A DNA stretch of 64,000 bases from Pelagomonas calceolata (lineage: Eukaryota), in NCBI GenBank assembly GCA_918797485.1, contig CAKKNE010000002.1, positions 2,418,001 to 2,482,000 on the forward strand. The letters run 5' to 3'. The notes under the pieces were generated by a model. It saw only the letters and a program-made list of their open reading frames with translations. It was not told the origin of the DNA and ran no database searches. The stretch's first letter is position 1, and every line of letters starts with the position of its first letter. Shown piece after piece: positions 40,917 through 51,276 of this stretch. The position numbers and the translations under genes were made by a program.

Positions 40917-40940
40917 GCTAGCGTCATGTAACACACTAGC
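40917..40940 (+). promoter_or_regulatory. CTAG-bounded intergenic motif
   Basis: GCTAGCGTCATGTAACACACTAGC. Confidence 0.75.
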
Positions 40941-41005
40941 GAGCAAAAAAACAATGACTATCTATCGAAAACCCCTCTTAAAAGTATACCACGCCCAGCA
41001 GAACA

Positions 41006-42001
41006 TCAAGGCGCGCTCGGGTCGAACAGCAGCGCGCGCAGCGACGCGCGGTACGACGAGAACGCGTCGTTCGGCTGGTCGGGCTCGCGCGGCGAGTAGA
41101 CCTGGAAGTTTTTGCACGCGAAGAAGTCGGGCTTGCCCGGGCCCGTGATGACGTTGATCCCTCCACACAAAACGACGGGCCGGTTCTGCGCGAGGTGCTT
41201 CGGGACCAGGCGCAGCACGTCCTCGTAGGTGGCCTGGTACAACGCCTCGGCCATGACGACGGCGCCGTTCTTCGCCGGCGCCTCTACCACGACGGGCTCG
41301 GCGGCCTCCTCCTCGCCCTCGGCCGGCGCCGGCGCCGCCGCGGGCGGCGCGTCCGCGTCCTTGATCGCCTCCAAATTCTTCAGCGCGACGGCCCGGACCT
41401 TGTCCATCTGCTGGTCGTCGGCGTCCTTAGGCGTGGCCCCCTTGTTCTTCTTCGCCCATTCGACGGCCTGCGCGGCCGCCGCGCCGCACGGCGCCGGCGC
41501 GTCCTGGCCCGCGTGTGTTACAAAACCCATCCTTCCCTCCTCATCGCACCCGACGTGCGGCCCGAAAAACAGGAAGATGGCCCCGACCTTCTCCAAGGCA
41601 TGCGACGCCACGAGTTCTAAGCCGGTTTTGCCCGCGGCGAGCATGCCGCCCAGCCCGCCAATGTCAAACGTCGGGGCGGGCGTCTCCGAGACGACGTCCG
41701 TGGCTCTTCCCTCCAAGTAGGCCCACCAGTGGTGCTCGCGCGTGAACTCGTCGCGGCTCGTGCTATTGGCAAAGACCATGTTGTTCACTTCAAAACCCAA
41801 GCCATCCAGCGCCCGCTGGGCCGCGCGCCCGCAGGCCACGGCCGTCGCCGGCCGGTCCTCGTCCGTGCCGAAGGCTTTGTTGATTGCCTCTATTTCTTTG
41901 GTGCACGAGTTTGTTAGATGCCTTTCAATATTCACCTGGGAGTGGCCGTCGTCGAGGGCCTGGGCCACGCTGGCGTAGTCCGTGCTGGCGCCGGCGCCCA
42001 T
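41006..42001 (-). CDS. LCIB/theta-carbonic-anhydrase-like protein
   Basis: NSTSRDE, FDIGGLGG..AGKTG....SH, FFGPHVG...G..G and PCGA match LCIB-family blocks. Confidence 0.8.
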   Translation of the reverse strand: MGAGASTDYASVAQALDDGHSQVNIERHLTNSCTKEIEAINKAFGTDEDRPATAVACGRAAQRALDGLGFEVNNMVFANSTSRDEFTREHHWWAYLEGRATDVVSETPAPTFDIGGLGGMLAAGKTGLELVASHALEKVGAIFLFFGPHVGCDEEGRMGFVTHAGQDAPAPCGAAAAQAVEWAKKNKGATPKDADDQQMDKVRAVALKNLEAIKDADAPPAAAPAPAEGEEEAAEPVVVEAPAKNGAVVMAEALYQATYEDVLRLVPKHLAQNRPVVLCGGINVITGPGKPDFFACKNFQVYSPREPDQPNDAFSSYRASLRALLFDPSAP

Positions 42002-42154
42002 CTTTACGTCGCGTCGATGGCGTCGGGCAGCCCTTTTGTTTGGGAGAGGCTGCCGGCGCTATCGATGTGAGAGCTCGCAACCCGAACGCGCTAGGACGCG
42101 TGAGAGTCTCGTATGGGTCCTGGCCACCGAGCCTTCGCGAGGTTTGCATTCAGT

Positions 42155-42177
42155 GCTAGCGACTGTAGGACACTAGC
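42155..42177 (+). promoter_or_regulatory. CTAG-bounded intergenic motif
   Basis: GCTAGCGACTGTAGGACACTAGC. Confidence 0.75.
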
Positions 42178-42367
42178 GCAAAGCTACAAGCCTGGCACAC
42201 GCCTCGACCGCTGAGCCGGAGAGCGGTGCTTAGGCGTGAGGAAGAAACACAAAAACTCTAAGAACTGGTGGCCTGTGTTGTGGCAACACTTCCCCAAAAG
42301 ACTGCCCTCGGAAAGCCCAAAACTGGAGAGCAAGCAGCAGGCACAGTGACATACGTACTCAAACAGC

Positions 42368-45300
42368 ATGGACGAAACTGACGACGAACACTACACGTCC
42401 GGCGAGGGCGCTCCGGCAAGCTACATCCCGAAACCGGTCCAGTTCGTCGTCGCGACCGCGTGCACGGCACTGGTCGTCTTCGTCCTCGTCATCGCGTGCT
42501 GCCTCGCCAAGTCGCAGTGCGCCTGGCACGAGCCGCTCGTGCGAGTCGCGAAGCAAATAGAGGGCACCGAAAGACGACGAAGAAGGGCCGAGGAGCGGCA
42601 GCGGCGGCGCGCGCTGCGCGAGACCGAGGTCTCGCCCTTGCAACGGGGCGCCTTCGCGACGATCGCCGCCCGTCTCCCTTCAATTGAGTCGGTGCTCGGG
42701 CGCCAGACCTACCTGCAGGTCTGGAAGGGCCTGAAGACGCGCGCGCGCAACAAAACGACCGCCACGTACTTCGGCTACCCGACGGTCGTCTGGTTCTTTA
42801 AGTGGTTACTTTACGCGACGTTCAACGGCCGCAAGAGCACGGGCGACATCGAGCAGTATTTGGCCTTGCTGTCGTTTGTTTTCGTGCTGCAGAGCACGGC
42901 CTCCACACTGTGTGCAGAGAAGGCCGCGAAGCTGCGCGAGTCTTTGAGAGCTATGGGCCTCCGCGAGCTCGCGTATTGGGCCGGTCCGTTGATCGTCGAC
43001 GGCCTCTTGTACGCGACCGCTCTCGGTTTGATATTAGCGTGCATTGTGACGCCCTGCCGCTTACTGCACAACGCCGGGCGCGGGAACAACGTGCCCGCGT
43101 CGTTTGCGCAGTTCTGGGAGGTCTTCGGGCTCTTCCAGGCCGCGGCGGCGTCGTTTGCGGCCGTCGCCTGTTGTATTTCGACGGTCTGCGGCTCGGCGCC
43201 CGCGGCGTCGCAGCTCGCCTTCGCCCTGACGATCGCGTCCGTCGTGTTGTTCATCGTCCTCAAGGTCACGGAGCCGGCCTCCTTCAGGAACGACTACATT
43301 GAGCTATGGCTCGCGTGGCCGCCGACCGCTTTACAAACCGCGGCACTGGGAACTGCCTCATTCACCGGCCGCTTTCCGGCGTGGCGCTTCCAGATCGACC
43401 TGCCGCGCGTGATCAAGTGGCTGTGGTTGGATGCCGTGCTCTGGTCTTTATTAGCCCTGTACCTCGGCGAGGTCGTGCCGCAGGAGTTCGGCGTCGCGAA
43501 GAAGTGCTGGTTTCCCCTGACGGAGCTGCGGGCGTGGTTTCGGCGGAAGGCGCCCGAGGCGGCGCCGGACGACTACGAGGCGCTCGACGGCGGCGAGGCG
43601 TCGGAGGGCGCGGTCGAGTTCGCGGGGCTGGCCAAGACCTTCGGGAGCTTCAAGGCCGTCGATGGCGCGGCGTTAAGGCTGAACCACGGCGAGTGCACGT
43701 GCTTGCTAGGGCACAACGGCGCCGGCAAGACAACTTTGTTAAGGATGCTCACGGGCCTGCTGCCGCCCGACCACGGCGAAGCAACTGCTAGAGCCTACGG
43801 CATCGACTTGCTGACGCGTGATAACGAGGGCACGGCGCCGCTCGGCGTCGTCCCGCAACACGACGTCTTATGGGAGGAATTGACCGTACGAGAGCACGCG
43901 CACTTCTGCGCGGTCCTGAAAAGCGGCGGCTACGAGGCGTGCGCGGCCGCCGACGACCTGCTGCGGACGTTCCACCTGGACGATCGGCTGGCGCACTTCG
44001 GCTCCGAATTGTCTGGAGGCATGCGGCGCAAGCTCTCGACGGTCTGCGCGCTGGCCGGCGGTTCGAAGTTCGTCGTGCTCGACGAGCCGACGACGGGCCT
44101 CGACCCGCTGGCGCGGCGCGAGCTCTGGGACGTCCTCGCGCGCGAGAAGAGCGGGCGGTGCCTGCTCCTCACGACGCACTACATGGACGAGGCCGACGAA
44201 CTCGGAGACGTCGTCGCGATTATGGTCGCCGGGCAGATAAGATGCGCCGACGCGCCGGCCGCCTTGAAGCGTTCGCTGGGCTGGGGCGCGAAACTGGTGG
44301 TGGAGGTCCTAGAAGACACGGACGCGCGCGACGCCGTGAGCGATGGGCCGCGGCCGACGACGCCGCCGGACGCGCATGCCGAGGGCGAGATCCAGCTGCG
44401 CGCGCCGAGCCCCGAGCCCTCTTCTGGGGGCGCGAAGCCAAATGGCGCCCCGCACCAACTGATGGACCGCGTCGCGGCCATCGTCCAGCGGACGGCGCCC
44501 GGGGCCCGCGCCTGGGAGCGGCGCTTCGACGACGACGGCGATGAGATGTCCCGCCAGCGCGTCATCGCGCGGACGGCGCCGCGTTTAGAGTTTGCGCTGC
44601 CCGCCGACGCGCCCGTCGCCGCGTGCCTCGAAGCCCTCGAGGCTTTACCCGTGCGCGTGGGCGTCGGCGGCACGGACCTCGAGGATGTCTTCTTGCGCGT
44701 CGGCGACGAGGAGGAGCGGCGGCGCGCCAACCTGCTCTCGGCGCTGCCGCCGGCGCGGGACTTCGCGCGCTCCGACGACGGCAACGCGTGGCGCGCGCTG
44801 CGAAAACAGGCGCGGGCCCTGGTGACGAAGCGGCTCCGGACGGCCTGGCACGATCCTGGAAGGACGGCGTTGTGCGTCGCTCTACCAATCGCGGCCGCGG
44901 TCCTCGCCTTCGCGTGCAACGCGCGGGACGACTTCTCGGCGCGCGGGTCGTTCCCCGCGAACGCGACGACGTGCGTTATCTGTATGCTCGGCTTCGTGCC
45001 GCTCGTGGGCCTGATTGCGGAACACGTGGCCGCCGAGCGCGCGTCGAAGCTGCGCAACGTGCTCACTGTGGCCGGCTGCGACGCGCGCGCGTACTGGCTC
45101 GGCACGCTCTGCGGCGACCTTTGCTTATTGCTGGGCGTCGCGCTCTGCTTTTCCATGGTCGCGACGATAACGGGTACGTACGGCGGGCCCTACAAGCCGG
45201 ACCCGTCGGGCGCCATCATTAGCTATAATAGGGCCGAGCACCTGTCGCAGGCCGTCTCCGACACGCCGCCGGAGTTCCTGGACCTGGGGGCCCGCGAGTA

Positions 45301-47515
45301 CGGCCCGAAGGTGCCCGAGGCCTCCCGCGACCAATTTATCGATGACGACGCGCGCCGAGCCGTCGAAAGCGAGGACGGCTGGCTGCTGGATGATTTGCTC
45401 GACGACCCGGGAGTCGTGCACGACGCCTTCCTCGACAAGCTCATCGATGAGGCCATCAACAAGACGGGCGACCCGACGGTCGGCGAGGCGCTCGACGCCA
45501 TCGGGCACCACGTCGACGACGATGCTTCACTGTCCATAGGACTCAATAGTGTCGTCGAAGAAGTCTACGGTTTGAAGAAGTGGCTGAAGGCCGAGACGTG
45601 GCTCTTCCCGCCGCTTTTTGTGGCACAGGTCGCGGCCTTCGCCTACGCGATCTCCTTCGCGTCGGCGGGGCCGCGGTCGGCCGTGGTCCTCGCGCCGATG
45701 GCCGTCCTCGGGCTGCTGTTTGTACCTATATCATTCTTAGCGACCGTGAACCTCTCCCTCGGCGAGCAGGGCCTCGACGTCGTCCACCTCTCGAATGACG
45801 CCTTCCTCGGCCTGTTGTACTGGGGCGTGTCGATTTCGGTCCCCCACGGCGCCTTCCTTATGGAGCTCTTCCGCATCTCCACTGATTTATCAGAGCGTGC
45901 CAAGGCGTACCCGTCGCGCGCCGCGGTCTGGACTATTGTGATCGTGGAATTGGTGTTGTTCCTGTACGCCGCCTACCGTTTGGACGATCGCGCCGCGGCC
46001 TTCAAGGTGAAGCGCGTCGAGGCGCCGTTGGTCGAGGTCCTCGAGGCCGACGTGAGCGCCGAGCGGGACCGGGCGTCTAGCAGCGACGCGGCCCTCGTAC
46101 TCAGGGGCGTGCGGAAGGTGTACAACGTGGGCAAGCCGAACGAGACGGTGGCCGTGTCTAATTTATCGATGCGTGTGGAGCTGGGGGAAATTTTCGGGCT
46201 GCTAGGAGCGAACGGCGCGGGGAAGACGTCGGCGATAAATGTGGTCATGCGGGCCGCGTTCCCGACGGCGGGCGACGCGCTCGTGCGCGGCCACTCGGTG
46301 CTCGACGACTTTAAGCGGGCTTCGACGCATCTTGGTGTCGTGACGCAGACGGACACGTTGTATGACGCGCTGTCCTGCGCGGAGCATTTGGATCTGTTCC
46401 TGGATCTGAGGATGGCCCACAGTAGCACAACTATATCAAGCACGCAGCGCGCGCTGACGGTGGCGCGCATGCTCGAGGACGTCGAGCTCGGCGACGCGCC
46501 GGATCGACTCGCGGCGCGGCTGTCGGGCGGCATGAAGCGCAAGCTCTGCGTCGCGTGCGCGCTGGTCGGGGAGCCGTCGGTCGTGTTGCTGGACGAGCCC
46601 TCGGCGGGCCTGGATCCCGTGTCGCGGCGGCGGCTCTGGACGGTCCTACGGCGCGCGATGGTCGGAAGAGCCGTCGTCCTGACGACGCACTCCATGGAGG
46701 AGGCCGAGGCGCTCTGCACGCGGACGGCAATCATGGCGAGCGGCCAGCTGCGCGCCGTCGGCACGCCTTTATCTCTCAAGCGGAAGAACGGCGCGGGCTG
46801 GCGGCTCTCGATCAGGACGCGCGCCGGCGCCGACGCCGCCGCGATCACGGCGCGCGCGTCTACGATTGTGCCGGACGCGGCTCCGAGCGACCTGCGGCGG
46901 CGCGGCGTCGTCCAGTTCACGCTAGCGGACCGTGAAAATATGAGTGAAGTCTTCGCGGCCCTCGAGGCCGACATCGCAAACGGAGAACTGGGCGCGGCGG
47001 GCGCGCGCGACTTCACGCTCGAGCAGCCGAAGCTCGAGGACGTTTTTATGAGGGTCGTCCGCGCCGCCGAGGAGGACGAGGCGCTGTCCGGACCGCCGGC
47101 ACCTGCCGCCGCTACCGACGACGTTGAGGCGCCGCTGGCCATCCCGCTGCTCGACGCGCCCGACGAGTCCGGCGCGTCGGACGAGCTAGCGCGGTGCTGT
47201 TTTGGTTTAGATAGAAGGGCGCATGCCTTCCTCGCGTGGGTCCTGTCGATCTGCGCCCTCGTGCTCTGGCTCACCCTGTCGGGGCTCCTGGGCCCGATCG
47301 AATACGACGACGACCACCCGCGGTCGATGGGCTCGGACCCGGACGGATGCCACCACGCAAAGGGGACGGAGCCCTGCGCGGTGGCGGCGTTCTACACGAA
47401 CGGCGTGCCCTTCCTCATCGCGTTTGTGGGGGCCGTGATAGGCTGTTGCGGCGTGTGCTGCTGCATCCCGAAGAAGGCCGACGCGATGCTGGCGACGGCG
47501 GGCGCGTCGCCCTGA
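42368..47515 (+). CDS. Full-size ABC transporter, subfamily A
   Basis: Two TMD-NBD halves: GHNGAGKTT, LSGGMRRKL, LDEPTTGLDP, TTHYMDEA and GANGAGKT, LSGGMKRKL, LDEPSAGLDP, TTHSMEEA. Confidence 0.95.
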   Translation: MDETDDEHYTSGEGAPASYIPKPVQFVVATACTALVVFVLVIACCLAKSQCAWHEPLVRVAKQIEGTERRRRRAEERQRRRALRETEVSPLQRGAFATIAARLPSIESVLGRQTYLQVWKGLKTRARNKTTATYFGYPTVVWFFKWLLYATFNGRKSTGDIEQYLALLSFVFVLQSTASTLCAEKAAKLRESLRAMGLRELAYWAGPLIVDGLLYATALGLILACIVTPCRLLHNAGRGNNVPASFAQFWEVFGLFQAAAASFAAVACCISTVCGSAPAASQLAFALTIASVVLFIVLKVTEPASFRNDYIELWLAWPPTALQTAALGTASFTGRFPAWRFQIDLPRVIKWLWLDAVLWSLLALYLGEVVPQEFGVAKKCWFPLTELRAWFRRKAPEAAPDDYEALDGGEASEGAVEFAGLAKTFGSFKAVDGAALRLNHGECTCLLGHNGAGKTTLLRMLTGLLPPDHGEATARAYGIDLLTRDNEGTAPLGVVPQHDVLWEELTVREHAHFCAVLKSGGYEACAAADDLLRTFHLDDRLAHFGSELSGGMRRKLSTVCALAGGSKFVVLDEPTTGLDPLARRELWDVLAREKSGRCLLLTTHYMDEADELGDVVAIMVAGQIRCADAPAALKRSLGWGAKLVVEVLEDTDARDAVSDGPRPTTPPDAHAEGEIQLRAPSPEPSSGGAKPNGAPHQLMDRVAAIVQRTAPGARAWERRFDDDGDEMSRQRVIARTAPRLEFALPADAPVAACLEALEALPVRVGVGGTDLEDVFLRVGDEEERRRANLLSALPPARDFARSDDGNAWRALRKQARALVTKRLRTAWHDPGRTALCVALPIAAAVLAFACNARDDFSARGSFPANATTCVICMLGFVPLVGLIAEHVAAERASKLRNVLTVAGCDARAYWLGTLCGDLCLLLGVALCFSMVATITGTYGGPYKPDPSGAIISYNRAEHLSQAVSDTPPEFLDLGAREYGPKVPEASRDQFIDDDARRAVESEDGWLLDDLLDDPGVVHDAFLDKLIDEAINKTGDPTVGEALDAIGHHVDDDASLSIGLNSVVEEVYGLKKWLKAETWLFPPLFVAQVAAFAYAISFASAGPRSAVVLAPMAVLGLLFVPISFLATVNLSLGEQGLDVVHLSNDAFLGLLYWGVSISVPHGAFLMELFRISTDLSERAKAYPSRAAVWTIVIVELVLFLYAAYRLDDRAAAFKVKRVEAPLVEVLEADVSAERDRASSSDAALVLRGVRKVYNVGKPNETVAVSNLSMRVELGEIFGLLGANGAGKTSAINVVMRAAFPTAGDALVRGHSVLDDFKRASTHLGVVTQTDTLYDALSCAEHLDLFLDLRMAHSSTTISSTQRALTVARMLEDVELGDAPDRLAARLSGGMKRKLCVACALVGEPSVVLLDEPSAGLDPVSRRRLWTVLRRAMVGRAVVLTTHSMEEAEALCTRTAIMASGQLRAVGTPLSLKRKNGAGWRLSIRTRAGADAAAITARASTIVPDAAPSDLRRRGVVQFTLADRENMSEVFAALEADIANGELGAAGARDFTLEQPKLEDVFMRVVRAAEEDEALSGPPAPAAATDDVEAPLAIPLLDAPDESGASDELARCCFGLDRRAHAFLAWVLSICALVLWLTLSGLLGPIEYDDDHPRSMGSDPDGCHHAKGTEPCAVAAFYTNGVPFLIAFVGAVIGCCGVCCCIPKKADAMLATAGASP

Positions 47516-47646
47516 AGCGTGTTTACTAGTTTCTAATTTCGTGTTTTCTCTACGTGTTTTCCATTATTATGGCATTAATGCGCGGGTGACGATAGGCCTA
47601 CCCCGAAGTATCACGCGAACAGAGCGCGTGCGTGGCAGGAAGTGGT

Positions 47647-48045
47647 CTACGACGACTTGCCCTTGCCGGTGCCCATGATGGCGACGATGTACACGGTCGG
47701 GACAATCGTTTCATAAAGCAGCGGGGGAACGCACTCCGTGAGCGGAGCGAAGGGGTAGATGAAGAGGCAGCTCCCGCACATGGCGCACATCGCAACGTAT
47801 GTCCACGCGAGGAGTTTCTGCGCCTCCGCGTTCATCTTCGTGCCGGCGTAGCACTGGAGGGCAATCATCATATTCTTAGAGAAGTCAACGCCGGCAAGAT
47901 GCAAGGTGAACATGTCGGGGTCGGTGAGTTGGCCATTCGTGATGGTCTCGAGAAAACCGCTGATACCGCTGGTGAAGACCGGCAGGCAGAATAGGATGCC
48001 AACAACGGCATGGATCTGGAACGCTTGCGTGAGTGTGAGACCCAT
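47647..48045 (-). CDS. Small 4-TM membrane protein, unknown function (132 aa)
   Basis: ATG at 48045 (MGLTLTQAF); hydrophobic helices. The upstream part of the 432-aa ORF is a shadow of the next gene. Confidence 0.7.
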   Translation of the reverse strand: MGLTLTQAFQIHAVVGILFCLPVFTSGISGFLETITNGQLTDPDMFTLHLAGVDFSKNMMIALQCYAGTKMNAEAQKLLAWTYVAMCAMCGSCLFIYPFAPLTECVPPLLYETIVPTVYIVAIMGTGKGKSS

Positions 48046-48262
48046 GGCTGCCAGAGACTGTAGCTGACTGTTCCAGGCAATATTGCTGCGATGGGGCACG
48101 AACAAGTCGGATTTTTGCACTCGAGAGGTAGGGGAGGCTGGGGACGGCCGAGACGCGCGCGTGACGGGTTTGGGGGCAGCCCTATGACGCCGTGTTGCTG
48201 CCTTTTTCGCGGCCAGAAGATGAGCTCCGGAGAAAACGTGCGGGTCAGAGAAAACCAAACAC

Positions 48263-48970
48263 TTATCCCCACAATCGCACAACATAGCCACCCGCAACGG
48301 CGAGCCCTCCGTAGAACACGACCAGGAACGCCTGCACCAGGTGAATGTGCCGCCGAAAGCTCGCGGCGTCGTTGACGCGCGGGTAGGGCGCATCCGGTAT
48401 GGGCTTGCCGAGGAAGGCGCAGAGCGGCGCCCAGCCGTCTGTCGCGCGGTGGACGAGCAGGCGGTCGGCGGGCACCGTTCGCCGGACGCAAGCTTCGTGT
48501 GCTCGGAACGCGCGTTGCAGCGCGTCGACGTCGTCGAGCGACGGCTCGGCGCCGCCGAAGAAGCGCTCGCGGTACATGCGACACATGTCCTGCGCGCGCC
48601 TCCCGAGTAACAAACGAAAGAGCCAGTGCTTCTCGAGGAACTGCGGGTGCCAGATCGTCGCGCGGACCGACCGCGCCCAGTCGCCGGCGTCGCGCGTCGA
48701 CAGCACGACCTTGGCGCCCGGGTGCCGATGCGCGAGCTCGTCGACGAAGGTCGCCGCGGGAAAATCCGTCGTCGCGTCGTAGCCTCGCAGGGCGGCGTCG
48801 AGCGCCGCGCCGTCGCCGCGGCCCGCACGCAGCCAGAACCCGAAGTGGTCGTTTTTGACGCATTCCTCCATATGATATGGGTTATAACCGAGGGTCTTGA
48901 GTGCCTCGCGGAGCGATGAGGTCCCTGTGCGGCCGCATCCGGCACCGATCACCTTGAGCTCCTCCGTCAT
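48263..48970 (-). CDS. Sulfotransferase-family P-loop protein (Sulfotransfer_4-like)
   Basis: LKVIGAGCGRTGTSSL..AL..LGY..YHM, AKVVLSTRD..W..S, DGWAPLCAFLG..P...YPRVN; C-terminal TM helix. Confidence 0.88.
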   Translation of the reverse strand: MTEELKVIGAGCGRTGTSSLREALKTLGYNPYHMEECVKNDHFGFWLRAGRGDGAALDAALRGYDATTDFPAATFVDELAHRHPGAKVVLSTRDAGDWARSVRATIWHPQFLEKHWLFRLLLGRRAQDMCRMYRERFFGGAEPSLDDVDALQRAFRAHEACVRRTVPADRLLVHRATDGWAPLCAFLGKPIPDAPYPRVNDAASFRRHIHLVQAFLVVFYGGLAVAGGYVVRLWG

Positions 48971-49062
48971 GGCTGCGGCTGCCCCGGCACTCCGTCACGC
49001 GCAAGCAAGCTGCCCCGGCGGACCACTATAGCTCGCATGCGTGCGCGCAACGCTCTCAGAGA

Positions 49063-49084
49063 GCTAGCGAAGTGACATGCTAGC
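49063..49084 (+). promoter_or_regulatory. CTAG-bounded intergenic motif (divergent copy)
   Basis: GCTAGCGAAGTGACATGCTAGC. Confidence 0.55.
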
Positions 49085-49221
49085 TTTTTCGCTCTGTTTC
49101 TCGCCTCGGGAGCGCGTGCGGCTGCCATCGCGGGCTAGGCCGAGCGGGCCGGCTCATCTGACTCTTGTTACATACTGCTTGCGCTTAACTGTCCCTATCG
49201 ACTCGGGGGGCAGCCATCACG

Positions 49222-51141
49222 ATGGCGAGCAGCGACGAGGCACCGGTGGCTCGCTTGGCCGACACGCTCTGCGGCCGGTTCGACGGCGAGACGGAGAGCC
49301 TCTCCGGATCGGACCTCGACGACGCGGCGCGGCGCAGCCCCGTCGACGAGCGGACCGACCGGCGGCGCCTGCTCGCGGCGTCGCACCGGCCGAGCGTCCT
49401 GCAGCGCGAGCAGGACTGGGAGGACATGAAGACGCACCCCTGGCGGCCGCACGAGCGCGTATCCATCGCGTCGGCGATCCGGCAGTCCTTCACGGGCGCG
49501 CAGGGCTTCATGGAGTCGACGGAGAAGATCTTGGGGGCCAAGGGGGGGCTTAAAAGAAAGAAGCACCGGAACCAGGTCGCGCGCGACCTCATCGCCCGGC
49601 TGGACGACTGCTATTTGCGGGTGGAATCGATCGCGGACGCGTCGAGCACGTCGCCGCATCGACGGGCGCCGCCGTCCTTCGAGGACGTGGGCACGTTCCC
49701 GTTCAAGCTGCACGCGCCCGACGCCGACGAGTACCCGATCAAAGCCCCGAAGCCGTACATGGAGTTGTACGGCGACCGCTGGTGGTTCGTCAAGCTCTTC
49801 GCGCACCCGCAAGTCGTGACGAGGTTGCTGCGGCAGCTCTGGCCCCACCTCTTCGTCGTGGCCCTCTTCCAGCTGGGCATCAACGGCCTGACGGCCCTCG
49901 ACGTGGACCCGCCCGTGTCTGTGTTGCGCGAGCTCGAGGCGACGCAACATTTACTGGGGGCCGTGCTCTCGCTCCTACTGGTCTTCCGGACGAACTCGGC
50001 CTACGAGCGGTATTACGATGGAAAGAAGCAGTACGGCATCATCGCCAATCAAGTGAGGCAGATCATCATGAACGCCTACGCCTTCATAAGCTTCCACGAG
50101 GACCCGACCGGTAGGTTACGCCAGCGGTACGGACGGGGGCTGGAGTTGGACGACGAGCACGAGGCGGAGTCGCTGCACGAACTGCGGGAACGAGTGAGGA
50201 GGCAGGCCATCGTGTTGTTCGCGGTGCTGCGGCAGGATCTGCGGGAGCGCCGGTGCGGCTTCGTGCCGTCCTCTACCTTAAAGCACGTGCCCTTCACGCG
50301 GCACACGTGGATCCTAGACCCGTCGCGGCCCCGGCTCGTGGACTTGTTGACGCCGCGCGAGATCGTGGACTTTGGGAGGGTGTCGTCCGGGTCGCGGGTC
50401 ATGCTCGCGTGCCACAACCTCATGGACGCGTTACAGAGGTTGGCGCCGCGCATCGCCCAGGACAAGCCGTTCACGGACGCGTGCACGCGGAACGTGCAAG
50501 ATTTGATCGACGCCGCCAAAAGCTGCCAGCGCATCGTCGACACGCCGCTGCCCTTCACGTATACTCTAATTCTCGGCGTGCTGCTCTTCATCTTCGTCTA
50601 CTCCTTCCCGTTTATCTATTGGTACAAGCGCCACCACCACCACAACAAGGTGAGCCAGTGGCACGACTTCTCGGGTCTGATCCCGGCCATGTTCACGACG
50701 TTTTTTTACTACGGCGTCATGCAAATTGCTATAGATGTGGAGAACCCCTTCAACTTCGCCGACGTCGATCACTGTGTGGAAATCAACTAGTGTGTCGGGT
50801 GTACCGTCGAGCGGTGAGGAACCGACACCGCCACGCCATCGAGCAGGCGTCGCGTCGATGGCGTGGAGATCGACGCGGCTATTCAGGACGAACGCGCCGT
50901 AAATTTGATTTCCCCACAGGTCGATCATGATCTGGACAGCTTCTCGAAGCGGCTCCACGACGAGACGCTGGTTGTCGCGCGCGAGGTGGCCCCTCCCGGG
51001 ACGCGCTGCCGCGACTACTGGATCACGGAGCGCAAGTTCGCGGCCCGCAACGGGTCAAAACGCAAGAAGAAGAAGCGCACGGGCGAGGGCTACTTCAAGC
51101 AGGTCTCCGAGAAGCTCGTGACGTACCACGACGAACTCTAG
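49222..51141 (+). CDS. Bestrophin-like (UPF0187) anion channel, two exons (49222-50763 and 50920-51141), about 587 aa
   Basis: LSLLLVFRTNSAYERY..G, RIVDTPLPFTY, IAIDVENPF; an introner interrupts the C-terminal region. Confidence 0.88.
50764..50927 (+). mobile_element. MITE-like introner element (intron 50764-50919, 156 nt)
   Basis: Perfect 8-bp TSD GTCGATCA; TIR CTGTGTGGAAATCAA / TTGATTTCCCCACAG; internal 12-bp stem CCACGCCATCGA/TCGATGGCGTGG. Confidence 0.93.
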
Positions 51142-51209
51142 GGGCCCGCCGCGACGACGGATTCCCGCGGCGACTAGGGGCCCGCCGCGACGACGGATTC
51201 CCGCGGCGA
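51138..51209. repeat. Exact 36-bp tandem duplication spanning the bestrophin stop codon
   Basis: CTAGGGGCCCGCCGCGACGACGGATTCCCGCGGCGA twice (51138-51173, 51174-51209). Confidence 0.92.
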
Positions 51210-51276
51210 CTTAGTTATCTAAGTTTAATTCAGTTTTACTATCACACGTCCTTTCCCGTCGCCAGCGTTCCCATTA

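Noticed and set aside
42006..42025. CGTCGCGTCGATGGCGTC just upstream of the LCIB-like ATG, matching the introner hairpin arm
   Set aside because: Only one arm is present, with no TIR, TSD or clear splice sites; not enough to call an element.
47647..48945. 432-aa minus-strand ORF taken as one gene
   Set aside because: The 5' two-thirds overlaps the sulfotransferase gene in another frame; only 48045-47647 looks coding.
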